A stretch of 64,000 bases of DNA from Candidatus Thorarchaeota archaeon (GTDB lineage: Archaea > Asgardarchaeota > Thorarchaeia > Thorarchaeales > Thorarchaeaceae): positions 27,520-91,519 of the forward strand of contig JAFGAR010000175.1 of assembly GCA_016933575.1 (NCBI GenBank), written 5' to 3'. Position numbers and translations under genes: made by a program. Positions within the stretch are counted from its first letter, which is position 1. Every line of letters starts with the position of its first letter. Positions 1 through 9,303 of the stretch are shown here, piece by piece. The notes under the pieces are model-generated. The model made no database searches. It had not been told where the DNA came from and worked only from the letters and a program-made list of their open reading frames with translations.

Positions 1-193
1 GCTTTGATGCTATAAATTTTGGAAGTACCTCTGTGAAGAAAGAGGGAACTCGATCATGCTCACCGGAAGCAAAATCCCCTACCAAGAGATATGCATCGTC
101 TCTAGATAATAGTTCATTTACAAACTCAACGAAGGTAGTGCTCTCAGATAGCCATGAGATAGGATATAATGCCCTTAGTTCTTTTCCAATCAT
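1..193 (-). CDS. Partial hypothetical protein (N-terminus; runs off the window)
   Basis: Open frame from ATG at 193 (MIGKELRALYPISWLSESTTFVEFVNELLSRDDAYLLVGDF...) to the window edge, 15 nt downstream of the cupin stop. Confidence 0.6.
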   Translation of the reverse strand, partial: MIGKELRALYPISWLSESTTFVEFVNELLSRDDAYLLVGDFASGEHDRVPSFFTEVLPKFIASK

Positions 194-207
194 TAGATTC
201 TGCAAAC

Positions 208-540
208 CTATGAGTATTTTATTTCGAAGACTTTGGCTTCTTGATCTTGTGTAATTACATAGTGTTCCTCATTGCTTTCGAGAAGTACGAAATCACCAGG
301 TTTCAAAGATAGAGTTTCTTTTCCATTTGTTATGTCTGCTACGCCTTCAATTAGATAAAGCAATTGTTTCTCCGAGTGTATATGAGGTCGAGTCGGAACA
401 TCACTATTCCTTTGAATGACACGGACCCCAGCAGTCATGGTCCCTGTTATGACATCGAAGGCATTAACAGAACCTCTCTTGCCAAGTATTATCGAAGGAT
501 GTATCTCGTTTTCATGTATCTTCTTCAATAGTGTCACCAA
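208..540 (-). CDS. Cupin domain protein
   Basis: PHIHSEKQLLYLIEG and LKPGDFVLLESNEEHYV cupin metal-binding motifs. Confidence 0.85.
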   Translation of the reverse strand: MVTLLKKIHENEIHPSIILGKRGSVNAFDVITGTMTAGVRVIQRNSDVPTRPHIHSEKQLLYLIEGVADITNGKETLSLKPGDFVLLESNEEHYVITQDQEAKVFEIKYS

Positions 541-594
541 TGAGAAAAAGTGAAGGCAGAAGGCCTTATCAGGCCTGCGGAAGTAACAATCTTC

Positions 595-1809
595 ATGACT
601 TCAAATATTTCAGACATCGTTGGTAGAAATATTGGGGTCATCGGTTTCAATGCAAGGCCAATAGCCGCTTCGTTGAAACAGCTTGGCGCCAAGACATTTG
701 TTTCAGATTATTGGGGAGATTTAGATCTTAAGGAGAGCTCACATGATTGCATCGCGATTCTTGCTCCAAAACCTGGAATAAGGCAAAGAAAGCCTCTTGA
801 GATGCCTTTACATCAAGCATTAGTAGAGAATTATTTACATCTCACAAAGGAAATTGATATCGACTTCGTTGTAATTGGAAGTGGTTTTGACGATTATTCA
901 GAATCTCTCAAACCAATTGAAGAGAGTGGAAAACTAATCGGGAATTCTATTGAGACAATTAAGAGAGCTCGCGACCATACAATAATTGACCGAATCTCAT
1001 CTAAATTGAAACTTAAACGACCAAAAGAATGTGTGATAAATGAAATTTCTCAAATATCAGAATGTGTGGAAGAATTAGCATTCCCTTGTTTGATTCGACC
1101 TATGCATTCTGGTGGAGGGCTTGGGATTAGGTTCATCCATTCCAATGCAGATATCAGCAAAGTATCTCGTATTGTTGAAAAAAGAGGGGAAATGAAAATT
1201 CAACAGTATATATCTGGGATGGACACCAGTACGAGTGTGCTATCATCAACAAATGATGCATTCTGCATTACAGTTCAAGGTCAGCTTATTGGAATGCCTT
1301 CTGCAGGCAGCAATTGCGGTTTCAAGTATTGTGGCAATTATTATCCAACATCTTTGGATGAGTCTGTCAGAAATCGTATTGCAAGAATTTCCGAGTCCCT
1401 TATCAAAGAACTCCATCTGATAGGTTCTAATGGTTTGGATTTTATCGTAGATAACTCAAATAACATCTATCTTTTGGAGGTCAATCCTCGAATTCAAGGA
1501 ACATTGGAAATGATTGAACGAGCCTCAGGTTCCTCACTGACGCAGCTTCATCTGCAAGCCATTTCTGGGGATATTAGACAGTCTCCTCTGAGTATCAGGC
1601 CAGCTGTTAAGATGATTGTATACTCAAGAAAAAGAGGATCAGTTCCTAATCTAAAGCAATTTCCGAACACATTCGATAGGTCTCCAGAAGGCGTGCTTGT
1701 AGAGAAAGGAGACCCTATCTGCACAATAATAGAGGTTGAAGATACTCTTCAAAAAGCATTCTCGACTGTGTGTATTGCTGCTTTAAATATTCAAAATCTC
1801 GTTCAATAG
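595..1809 (+). CDS. ATP-grasp domain protein (archaeal ATP-grasp_3 / MfnD-like family)
   Basis: PCLIRPMHSGGGLGI, QQYISG, GSNGLDF, LLEVNPRIQG motifs; ATG at 595 preferred over GTG 550. Confidence 0.8.
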   Translation: MTSNISDIVGRNIGVIGFNARPIAASLKQLGAKTFVSDYWGDLDLKESSHDCIAILAPKPGIRQRKPLEMPLHQALVENYLHLTKEIDIDFVVIGSGFDDYSESLKPIEESGKLIGNSIETIKRARDHTIIDRISSKLKLKRPKECVINEISQISECVEELAFPCLIRPMHSGGGLGIRFIHSNADISKVSRIVEKRGEMKIQQYISGMDTSTSVLSSTNDAFCITVQGQLIGMPSAGSNCGFKYCGNYYPTSLDESVRNRIARISESLIKELHLIGSNGLDFIVDNSNNIYLLEVNPRIQGTLEMIERASGSSLTQLHLQAISGDIRQSPLSIRPAVKMIVYSRKRGSVPNLKQFPNTFDRSPEGVLVEKGDPICTIIEVEDTLQKAFSTVCIAALNIQNLVQ

Positions 1810-1870
1810 TTGTTTTTGAATATCCAGCAAAGTTTAATCAGTGGTGAATACACAGTAGTTTATACTTGAG

Positions 1871-2866
1871 GTGAGGTCATTGCGTACTTGTGATAAGTGT
1901 GGGAAAGTCAACCAACCTACACGAAAATTCTGTATCAGATGTGGTGCTTCTCTTATCAAAGTAGAAAAAGCAAAACCAGCTCCAGCACAACCAAGTGCTC
2001 CAGTTGAAAGTTCAAAGAGTCAGGGGAAACTCACACCTGCACCACCCATAACTACAGACGACAAATGGGTGAAGCCAAGTGAAGTATCAAAAGATAGAGT
2101 AAGAGTTGCAGGTCACTCCAAAGGAAAGACAGAACTCGAGAAAGCCCGTGAGGCATTTGCCAAAGCTGAAACGGTTGGAATTGATGAAGCTGATGGTTCA
2201 GGTATCATTGAAACACGGATGCTTCGAGCAAGTGAAGTACGTGAACTCCTTGAAGGTCCTGGAATGATGCAGGTTGATGAAGTGCCTACGCCTACTATGA
2301 TGGAAGGAAGTGAACCATTACCGCCGGAAGCAACAGAGATGATGGCTCCATCAATGCCTTCATCTTCACAGATTGAGGAATCGATTCTGGGATCAAAATC
2401 AGGATTTGTAAGCAAACCAAAGAAACCGGAACCTGAAGTAATGGATACGGGACACGTATCATCTCAGATATCCGCTGAATTCTCTTCATCACGATACGAA
2501 CAGGATGAAGGTGCGTCAGAATTTGAAGGAGACGCAGAAGTAGCACCTTCACCTCGTCCTACTTCCAAACCAAGTGCACCACAGGTTGGCAGTGAACGAA
2601 AAATCAGTGAGGATGCTATAGATCTCGTTATCACATGTCCAGATTGCGGAAAGACTATCAACGTAGATATGTTCGAGTATCCATCGGAAGTCTACAGTGC
2701 AATGGCTGCTGCTCGTATGAAACAAGCGAGATTTTTCATAGTACAGGGCAAGGGTGAGGATGCTCTACGTATTGTTCGTATGGCAAACGCGTTGTATACA
2801 AAGGCAAATGATAAGATTGGTCTGCAAGAGATTCGAAAACTTATTGAGACCTTGGCCAAAGGCTAG
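1871..2866 (+). CDS. Zinc-ribbon protein with long low-complexity linker
   Basis: N-terminal CDKC..FCIRCG ribbon, P/E/S-rich middle, CPDCGK near C-terminus, helical tail; start may be TTG 1880. Confidence 0.75.
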   Translation: MRSLRTCDKCGKVNQPTRKFCIRCGASLIKVEKAKPAPAQPSAPVESSKSQGKLTPAPPITTDDKWVKPSEVSKDRVRVAGHSKGKTELEKAREAFAKAETVGIDEADGSGIIETRMLRASEVRELLEGPGMMQVDEVPTPTMMEGSEPLPPEATEMMAPSMPSSSQIEESILGSKSGFVSKPKKPEPEVMDTGHVSSQISAEFSSSRYEQDEGASEFEGDAEVAPSPRPTSKPSAPQVGSERKISEDAIDLVITCPDCGKTINVDMFEYPSEVYSAMAAARMKQARFFIVQGKGEDALRIVRMANALYTKANDKIGLQEIRKLIETLAKG

Positions 2867-3660
2867 GCAGACAACCATAGTTTCAGGAATTTCTTCCGCT
2901 CTGATTGGAAGGCTAGTGGATCTCTACTCAGCATCAGAAAGCGGCCATCATACCCACGCTGTTTGAGAGACCTGAATATTGGTTCAAAATCAATTGTGCC
3001 TTCACCAATAGGAAGATGTTCATCACACTTTCTTGCCATTTCGCGAAGCTCAATATGGGATATCTCACTAAGAACTCGCTTTGCGATATCATCCTTATAT
3101 GAATCACATGCAGAGTTATCGTGAACATTAATCATCTCTATTTTATCAAAGAATGAATCAATGTGACTCATAACTCGGTTCTGAGATGAGAGAATCTGTC
3201 CATGACCTATATCAAGGACCATTTTGACTTCTGAGAACTGGTCAAAGAAGAGGATAAGTTCCGTGTAATAGTGAATGAGAGTCTCAATGGCCAGTTTCAC
3301 TCCCATCTCCTTTGACGCATCATAGACAAGTGAGAACGATTCCAAGAATAGATCGATCTCATCGTCTGAATAGAGGAGGGTTGAGAGGGGTGAATGAAAA
3401 GTTAAAAACTCGGCCTCAAGATCCTGTCCGAGCTCAAGAAATGGTGCAATATCTTGCGTGATATCAGTTGGTTTCCATTCAGGGTCACTTGGGAGATGAA
3501 CTGTGATAGGAACCCCAGCATCATCAAGGATGCGTTTTGCCTCTCTGAAATTGATCTGATGCTCATAATCCATTCGCAGGTCAATGTAGTCCAGTTTTCC
3601 TTTGAGAGCGTAAGCAATCTGTTCATCTGTACGGGCATAGGTTCCGATTTGCATCTTCAC
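2863..3660 (-). CDS. Sugar phosphate isomerase/epimerase family (xylose isomerase-like TIM barrel)
   Basis: KLAIET, LDIGHG, INVHDN, DEHLPIGEGTIDF motifs. Confidence 0.8.
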   Translation of the reverse strand: MKMQIGTYARTDEQIAYALKGKLDYIDLRMDYEHQINFREAKRILDDAGVPITVHLPSDPEWKPTDITQDIAPFLELGQDLEAEFLTFHSPLSTLLYSDDEIDLFLESFSLVYDASKEMGVKLAIETLIHYYTELILFFDQFSEVKMVLDIGHGQILSSQNRVMSHIDSFFDKIEMINVHDNSACDSYKDDIAKRVLSEISHIELREMARKCDEHLPIGEGTIDFEPIFRSLKQRGYDGRFLMLSRDPLAFQSERKKFLKLWLSA

Positions 3661-3802
3661 ATCCTCATCATTTTGGCTTCAGTCGCGTCTTTTTTGACTT
3701 TTGGTTCTGCTATTTCAATTTAAGCAATCATCAATTCTGGGCGATAGTGTTAAATGATTGATTAGCCTTTCCTACTCATATTCACGCTTTTAGGCGGAGG
3801 TT

Positions 3803-4345
3803 TTGACTCTGGCGGATACTGCTTCATATCTCTTTAAAATCGTCTTTCTAGGAGAAGGTGCTGTTGGGAAGACAAGTCTTGTAGGGCGTTTTGTCTACAA
3901 CTCTTTCGAGGGTGACTATCTTGCCACCATCGGTACAGATATTCATCTCAAGATGGTTAAATTAGAGGATGTTTTGGTCAAATTAGTAATATGGGATATT
4001 GCAGGACAAGACAACTTCGCTCAGCTGAGACGTGCCTATTATATGAATGCGAGCGGCGCATTCTTTGTCTTTGATACGACTCGTCCTGAGACTATTGCAC
4101 GAGTGGATGAATGGATAAATGCTCTGACAACTGTGACAGGGACGATTCCATTAGTCATGCTCGAGAATAAGGTTGACCTTGAGAGTGCTATAACAAAGGA
4201 GCAGAAAGAAGCAATATCAAAGAAATATGGTGTCAAGATAATCCCGACTAGTGCAAAAGAGGATACAAATGTAGAAGATGCCTTCACAGAGATGACACAG
4301 CGTATTCTTGATAAGGCAAGAAACAAAAGTATGAAAGCAATGTAG
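3803..4345 (+). CDS. Rab-like small GTPase
   Basis: G1 GEGAVGKTS, G2 TIGTD, G3 WDIAGQ, G4 NKVD, G5 TSAK; start may be CTG 3809. Confidence 0.93.
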   Translation: MTLADTASYLFKIVFLGEGAVGKTSLVGRFVYNSFEGDYLATIGTDIHLKMVKLEDVLVKLVIWDIAGQDNFAQLRRAYYMNASGAFFVFDTTRPETIARVDEWINALTTVTGTIPLVMLENKVDLESAITKEQKEAISKKYGVKIIPTSAKEDTNVEDAFTEMTQRILDKARNKSMKAM

Positions 4346-4371
4346 AGAATGATACCCTAGGAGATAACACC

Positions 4372-4902
4372 TTGGTAGTGAGAGAACCAGACTTTGTGCA
4401 TAAGATTGTCTTTCTCGGAGACTCAGGGGTGGGTAAAACTTCTATCATTCAAAGATACGTATACGATAGTATGGATCCTGACATTGGTCGAACCATAGGG
4501 GCAGTGCTCCATGTCAAGACTATGGTCGTAAACAACGAGTTCCATAAGCAAGTTATCTGGGACCTCGGAGGACAGGAGTCATTTGCTCAGTTGAGGGAGC
4601 AATACTGCGCAAATGCTTCAGGTGCATTTTTCATCTTCGACCGTACACGTCTTGAGACCCTGCAACACATTGATGATTGGCTCATTGCACTCCACGCTTC
4701 AGTAGGAAAGGTGCCAGTAATCGCAGTTGAGAATAAAATCGATCTTGAATCTGTGATAACTAATGAACAGATACGTGGAATGCTAGAGGTTCGTCAGCTT
4801 GAACATATTCAGACTAGTGCTTTGCAAAACAAAAACGTGGAACAAGCGTTTTTTGAGTTAGTAACGAAAATTCGAGAGAACATGGGAAAGCGAGCTAGAT
4901 AA
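4372..4902 (+). CDS. Rab-like small GTPase (tandem paralog)
   Basis: G1 GDSGVGKTS, TIG, WDLGGQ, NKID, TSAL; AGGAG RBS before TTG. Confidence 0.93.
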   Translation: MVVREPDFVHKIVFLGDSGVGKTSIIQRYVYDSMDPDIGRTIGAVLHVKTMVVNNEFHKQVIWDLGGQESFAQLREQYCANASGAFFIFDRTRLETLQHIDDWLIALHASVGKVPVIAVENKIDLESVITNEQIRGMLEVRQLEHIQTSALQNKNVEQAFFELVTKIRENMGKRAR

Positions 4903-4904
4903 CA

Positions 4905-5603
4905 TTAGATGTCAAGCGTCATATCGCGGATATCATCAATCCCTTTGTATGCCAGACCTAGCTTTTTCCTCTTCCCACTAACGAGATAAACCGCAGACTC
5001 CGCTATCGTAATAGCTTGGTCCGAGGCTCGTTCATAGTATCTACCCACAATGACATATAACATGGCAATATTGCTGATATCACGGCGGTGATTCAAGTAA
5101 TCGGCAATCTCCTGAAACATCTCAGATGCTTCATTATCACTCTGTGCTTCTAATTTCTCAAGTTCATCGATCTCATCTAGATTCTCATCAATAACAGACC
5201 TGATGGAAACAGAGAGAGCGGACGTTGAAAGTTCGGCAAGATATGGTAATGTAACGAGTTCCTTGAAGTGGTCTAATCCTTCGGCAAGATTCACTATCTC
5301 GCATATCTTCATGGCATAGCGGCCAATACTTCTGAGTCCTCCAGCCGTGTGAATATATGAGATAAGTCTTCTTAGGTCCTTGTCCTGAGGTTGATATCTG
5401 GAGATACCTTCGAAGGCTTTGTCTTCGATACTATGATGAATTACCTCAACTGTTTCCGATTCATTTGTAACTTCATCTGCCAATTCACAGTCAAGATCTT
5501 CAAAGGCCTTAGTGGATTGGACAAGAGCTGAGGCAACTATCGAGTGAAGGTTCTCTAGGAGACCCCTGATTTCTGTCTTTAGTGACTCAAGTTCCGGGTT
5601 CAC
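4905..5603 (-). CDS. phoU: PhoU family phosphate signalling protein (paralog 2)
   Basis: Two PhoU repeats (YQPQDKDLRR; RYYERASDQA); last gene of pst operon; GTG 5603 chosen from GGTGG RBS. Confidence 0.85.
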   Translation of the reverse strand: MNPELESLKTEIRGLLENLHSIVASALVQSTKAFEDLDCELADEVTNESETVEVIHHSIEDKAFEGISRYQPQDKDLRRLISYIHTAGGLRSIGRYAMKICEIVNLAEGLDHFKELVTLPYLAELSTSALSVSIRSVIDENLDEIDELEKLEAQSDNEASEMFQEIADYLNHRRDISNIAMLYVIVGRYYERASDQAITIAESAVYLVSGKRKKLGLAYKGIDDIRDMTLDI

Positions 5604-5669
5604 GTTGACACCACCAGTTCTAAGCAAAGGTACAGACTGCAATTAAGGTATTTCTACACGTCCTCAGAA

Positions 5670-6356
5670 TCAATGTGGCGCTTGGCTGGATTTTCCTTTG
5701 TACGCAAGCCCGAGTTTTACTCGTTTTCCTTTTACCATGTACACAGCTTTCTCTGCTATTTGAAAAGCTTGGTCAGCTGCTCGTTCACAATATCTACCAA
5801 TTATGATATAGAACAAAGCCATCTCTTCAATACCATTCTGTTCACGAAGATACTTCACTATTTCGTTGAACATATCTGAGGTTTCCCTATCACTTTCTGA
5901 CTCGAGCTTTTCCAATTCATCCATTTTTGATAGGTCGCCATTCAATATCCCTTTCATGGCAATATCAAGTGTCTTCTTAGCCAATTCAGCCAAATAGGGG
6001 ATAGATTGAAGTTCCTTAAAGTGCTGAAGGTCTTTGCAGAGATAGGTGATGTGAGCTATTTTGTATGCGTATCTACCCACTCGATGGAGGTTATGTGCAG
6101 TTTGAAGATAAACTGATAATCGACGTAAATCACTTGCAACAGGTTGTCGGCGACCAATTGTTTCCAAGACATTTGCTTCTATCTTTTCCTCAAGCTCATC
6201 AATATCACCAGCTAGATCCTTAACATCTTTTGCTACATCCTGATCTAGATTCTTGAAGGACTCCATAGAATCCATAAATGCCTTCTCAGACAGTTCATGA
6301 AGTCGCATCAGTCTACCTTGAATTTCATCCAAATAGAATTCTAATTGTGTCTTCAT
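5670..6356 (-). CDS. phoU: PhoU family phosphate signalling protein (paralog 1)
   Basis: RRQPVASDLRR and RYCERAADQA motifs; follows pstB. Confidence 0.9.
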   Translation of the reverse strand: MKTQLEFYLDEIQGRLMRLHELSEKAFMDSMESFKNLDQDVAKDVKDLAGDIDELEEKIEANVLETIGRRQPVASDLRRLSVYLQTAHNLHRVGRYAYKIAHITYLCKDLQHFKELQSIPYLAELAKKTLDIAMKGILNGDLSKMDELEKLESESDRETSDMFNEIVKYLREQNGIEEMALFYIIIGRYCERAADQAFQIAEKAVYMVKGKRVKLGLAYKGKSSQAPH

Positions 6357-6365
6357 TATATTCAC

Positions 6366-7136
6366 CTATCCAATTCTTCCTGTTATGAAGGCTTCAGTTC
6401 TAGGATCAGCAGGCGCTTCCAGTATTCGTTTTGTCTGGTCGAACTCTACTAATTCACCTAGGTAAAGAAATGCTGCTTGGTCTGAAACCCTAAAAGCTTG
6501 TTGTACATTATGCGTGACAAGGATAATAGTATAATCCTTTTTTAATTCAGTTATCAGATCCTCAATCTTTGAGGCACTAATAGGATCTAGTGATGATACT
6601 GGTTCATCCATTAATAGAACTGGAGGATTTACAGAGAGAGCTCGTGCAATGCATAATCTCTGTTGCTGACCACCCGAGAGATTTGGTCCAGGTTTATCCA
6701 GTTCGTCCTTTACTTCATCCCATAACGCTGCCTTCTTGAGCGAGTCTTCAACTAGCTTGTCAAGTTTATCCTTATCATTCAGTCCATGTAATTTAGGACC
6801 ATAAGCAATATTGTCATAGATGGACATGGGGAATGGGTTTGGTTTCTGAAACACCATTCCAATCCGCTTTCTGAGGTCATATACACTTGCACCTTGTCCA
6901 AAGATGTTGTTACCCATGAATCGGACCTCACCTTTTTGACGAAAGCTTGGAACAAGATCGTTTAATCGGTTCAATGTCCTGAGAAGTGTGGACTTGCCAC
7001 ATCCAGATGGTCCCATAATGGCCGTTACAGAATTATCTTCAAAGTAACATGATATTTCTTTGAGGATCTTATGTGAACCAAACCATGTAGACAGAGTATC
7101 TACTTCTAAAGTATGAGTATATTGCTTGTTTGCCAG
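6366..7136 (-). CDS. pstB: Phosphate ABC transporter ATP-binding protein
   Basis: GPSGCGKST, GMVFQKPNPFPMSIYDN, LSGGQQQR, LLMDEP; frame extends 40 codons beyond the ORF-track start to CTG at 7136. Confidence 0.95.
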   Translation of the reverse strand: MANKQYTHTLEVDTLSTWFGSHKILKEISCYFEDNSVTAIMGPSGCGKSTLLRTLNRLNDLVPSFRQKGEVRFMGNNIFGQGASVYDLRKRIGMVFQKPNPFPMSIYDNIAYGPKLHGLNDKDKLDKLVEDSLKKAALWDEVKDELDKPGPNLSGGQQQRLCIARALSVNPPVLLMDEPVSSLDPISASKIEDLITELKKDYTIILVTHNVQQAFRVSDQAAFLYLGELVEFDQTKRILEAPADPRTEAFITGRIG

Positions 7137-8108
7137 TTATACCAGCCTCCTAGTTACTTTTCTAGAAATAATATTAGCGACAATGTCAATTGCAAGGACC
7201 ATAGTCATGAGTGCAACAGCTGTGGCATGTGCTTTGATGTTAAGATAGGCTCGTGGATCGCTTATGTATGACCAGATTGTATAGGGCATAGATGCAACCC
7301 ATGAACCAGGTCCAATGATTTCAGTTGGTGTTGTGAGACTATTGCCAGAAGTGAATATCAGCGGAGCAGTTTCGCCCATTACCCTTCCAATCGCCAATAA
7401 TACTCCAGTGATCACTCCGGGAAATGCCGCTCTTAGTGTGATATTCCATGTTGTTGACCATTTAGTAGCGCCGAGGGCAAGAGATGCTTCTCTCAAAGAC
7501 ATTGGGACTGCGCGAAGAGCTTCCTGAGTTGTTCTCAAGACAGTGGGTATCATCATGAAAGCAAGTGTCAGACTCCCTGATAAGAGACCCATCCCCAAGT
7601 CCAAGAACCCTACTAGAAATACAAAACCAAATGCGCCAAAGACAATACTTGGTATTCCTGCAAGTACATCTGATGTGAATTCGACAACATCACGAAGTCG
7701 ACCAGGTCTTGTGTACTCGTTGATATATACAGCTCCAAAGACACTCAATGGAATTCCTACTGCTGACGCAAGTGTAACAAGAAATAGAGTGCCAAAGAAT
7801 GCATTACGGATTCCACCCATTAACCCTCTACCTGGTTCTGTCAGGAAGAAATTGCTAAATGATTCAAAACCATTAGAGAATAACTCGACAAAACCCACTG
7901 ATGCAACCTGATATAAAACAAGAAAGAAAGGCAGAATGATAATAATAATCCCAATGCCTAAGATGACGTGAAAAAGAAAATCCTTGAAATTCCTACGTGT
8001 TTTTACTATGTTTGACGATACGAGTTTTAATTCTTTAATAAAGTCCCTCTTATCTTTCTCAAACACATCTGGTGCACGTTCATCAAGAGGAATTTCGTTT
8101 TTCGTCAT
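7137..8108 (-). CDS. pstA: Phosphate ABC transporter permease PstA
   Basis: LAGIPSIVFG, REASLALGAT, RVMGETAPL motifs. Confidence 0.95.
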   Translation of the reverse strand: MTKNEIPLDERAPDVFEKDKRDFIKELKLVSSNIVKTRRNFKDFLFHVILGIGIIIIILPFFLVLYQVASVGFVELFSNGFESFSNFFLTEPGRGLMGGIRNAFFGTLFLVTLASAVGIPLSVFGAVYINEYTRPGRLRDVVEFTSDVLAGIPSIVFGAFGFVFLVGFLDLGMGLLSGSLTLAFMMIPTVLRTTQEALRAVPMSLREASLALGATKWSTTWNITLRAAFPGVITGVLLAIGRVMGETAPLIFTSGNSLTTPTEIIGPGSWVASMPYTIWSYISDPRAYLNIKAHATAVALMTMVLAIDIVANIISRKVTRRLV

Positions 8109-8109
8109 T

Positions 8110-9156
8110 CTATACATACCCCCTCGTCTTCATTCCCCATCGGATGAATATCTTAGCTGTAAAAGTGAAAAAGATAGACATGAGTAATAGAATGAATCCC
8201 ACAGCAAAGAGTGCTGATCTCCATAATGGGAAGATAAATGCATATCCAAGTTGATTGGTTATTATGCTAGTCATTACATAAGTAGGATCGAATAGACTAT
8301 AGGGAATTTGAAGAGAATTTCCTGTTACCATTAGAACAGCCATTGTTTCACCTACAGCTCTTCCTAATGACAGGACAACAGCGGCTCCGACTCCGGGAAG
8401 AGCTGCAGAAACAACTATTCTCCTTGCTGTTTCGCTCTTTGTTGCACCAAGTGCGTACGAAGCCTCCCGTAGACTCATTGGAACTGATTGAAGGGCATCG
8501 TTTGATATTGCAACAACTGTGGGTAAAAGCATAATCGCTAGAATGAGCCCTCCTGCAAGAAGGCTGAATCCATTCGTATCTCCTTGAAACCATGGTATCC
8601 AACTAATTAGGATATTATTTTGAACTGCAGGAGCAAAACTATTCTTAATGAATGGTACGATAACAAGTAATGCCCAAAGTCCGTAGACTATTGAAGGAAT
8701 TGCAGCCATCATTTCAACAATCATTCGTATGGGTGAACGAAGATGATTTGGACAATACTCACTAAGGAATATTGCACCTCCCACACCAAGGGGAACAGCA
8801 AGACCGATAGCAATGGCTGCACACATTAAGGAGCCCGTGATGAATACTCCAATCCCATATAGATCTCTATTTGGATCCCACGTAGGTCCAACAATTATTC
8901 CAGGTCCACCCTCAGGACTTGTGAATATCGGTGCAGATTCAAACCACAGGAAAGTGAGAATAAGTATGATTATTATTGTACTGGCAAGAGCAGGTATTGC
9001 TAGTCCAATTCGACCGAAGAAATCGATACGACCTGGAGTATCAGCTTCACGAACTTCGATAAAAGGGGCTTTCAGTTTTTGTAGAATCCTTTTTGTAAGA
9101 CCAGATTGATCTTCACTCATTTCAGTTGCTGAAGCTGAGTCAATATCTTGAGTCAT
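8110..9156 (-). CDS. pstC: Phosphate ABC transporter permease PstC
   Basis: AAIPSIVYGLW, REASYALGAT, GRAVGETMAV motifs. Confidence 0.95.
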   Translation of the reverse strand: MTQDIDSASATEMSEDQSGLTKRILQKLKAPFIEVREADTPGRIDFFGRIGLAIPALASTIIIILILTFLWFESAPIFTSPEGGPGIIVGPTWDPNRDLYGIGVFITGSLMCAAIAIGLAVPLGVGGAIFLSEYCPNHLRSPIRMIVEMMAAIPSIVYGLWALLVIVPFIKNSFAPAVQNNILISWIPWFQGDTNGFSLLAGGLILAIMLLPTVVAISNDALQSVPMSLREASYALGATKSETARRIVVSAALPGVGAAVVLSLGRAVGETMAVLMVTGNSLQIPYSLFDPTYVMTSIITNQLGYAFIFPLWRSALFAVGFILLLMSIFFTFTAKIFIRWGMKTRGYV

Positions 9157-9236
9157 ATTTGATTCTCCTGACAATCAGTTCTAGTTCTTTGTTAATTTCT
9201 GATTTTTTCCGTGACAAATTCGTTGAAAAAGTGTGT

Positions 9237-9274
9237 GGAAGCCAGGTTTCTATATTTGCATTGACCTGGCTTCC
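9237..9274 (-). terminator. Intra-operonic stem-loop between pstS and pstC
   Basis: 11-bp inverted repeat GGAAGCCAGGT...ACCTGGCTTCC just downstream of pstS. Confidence 0.55.
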
Positions 9275-9303
9275 TTTTTGGAAGGAGGATGCTATTAATC
9301 TGT

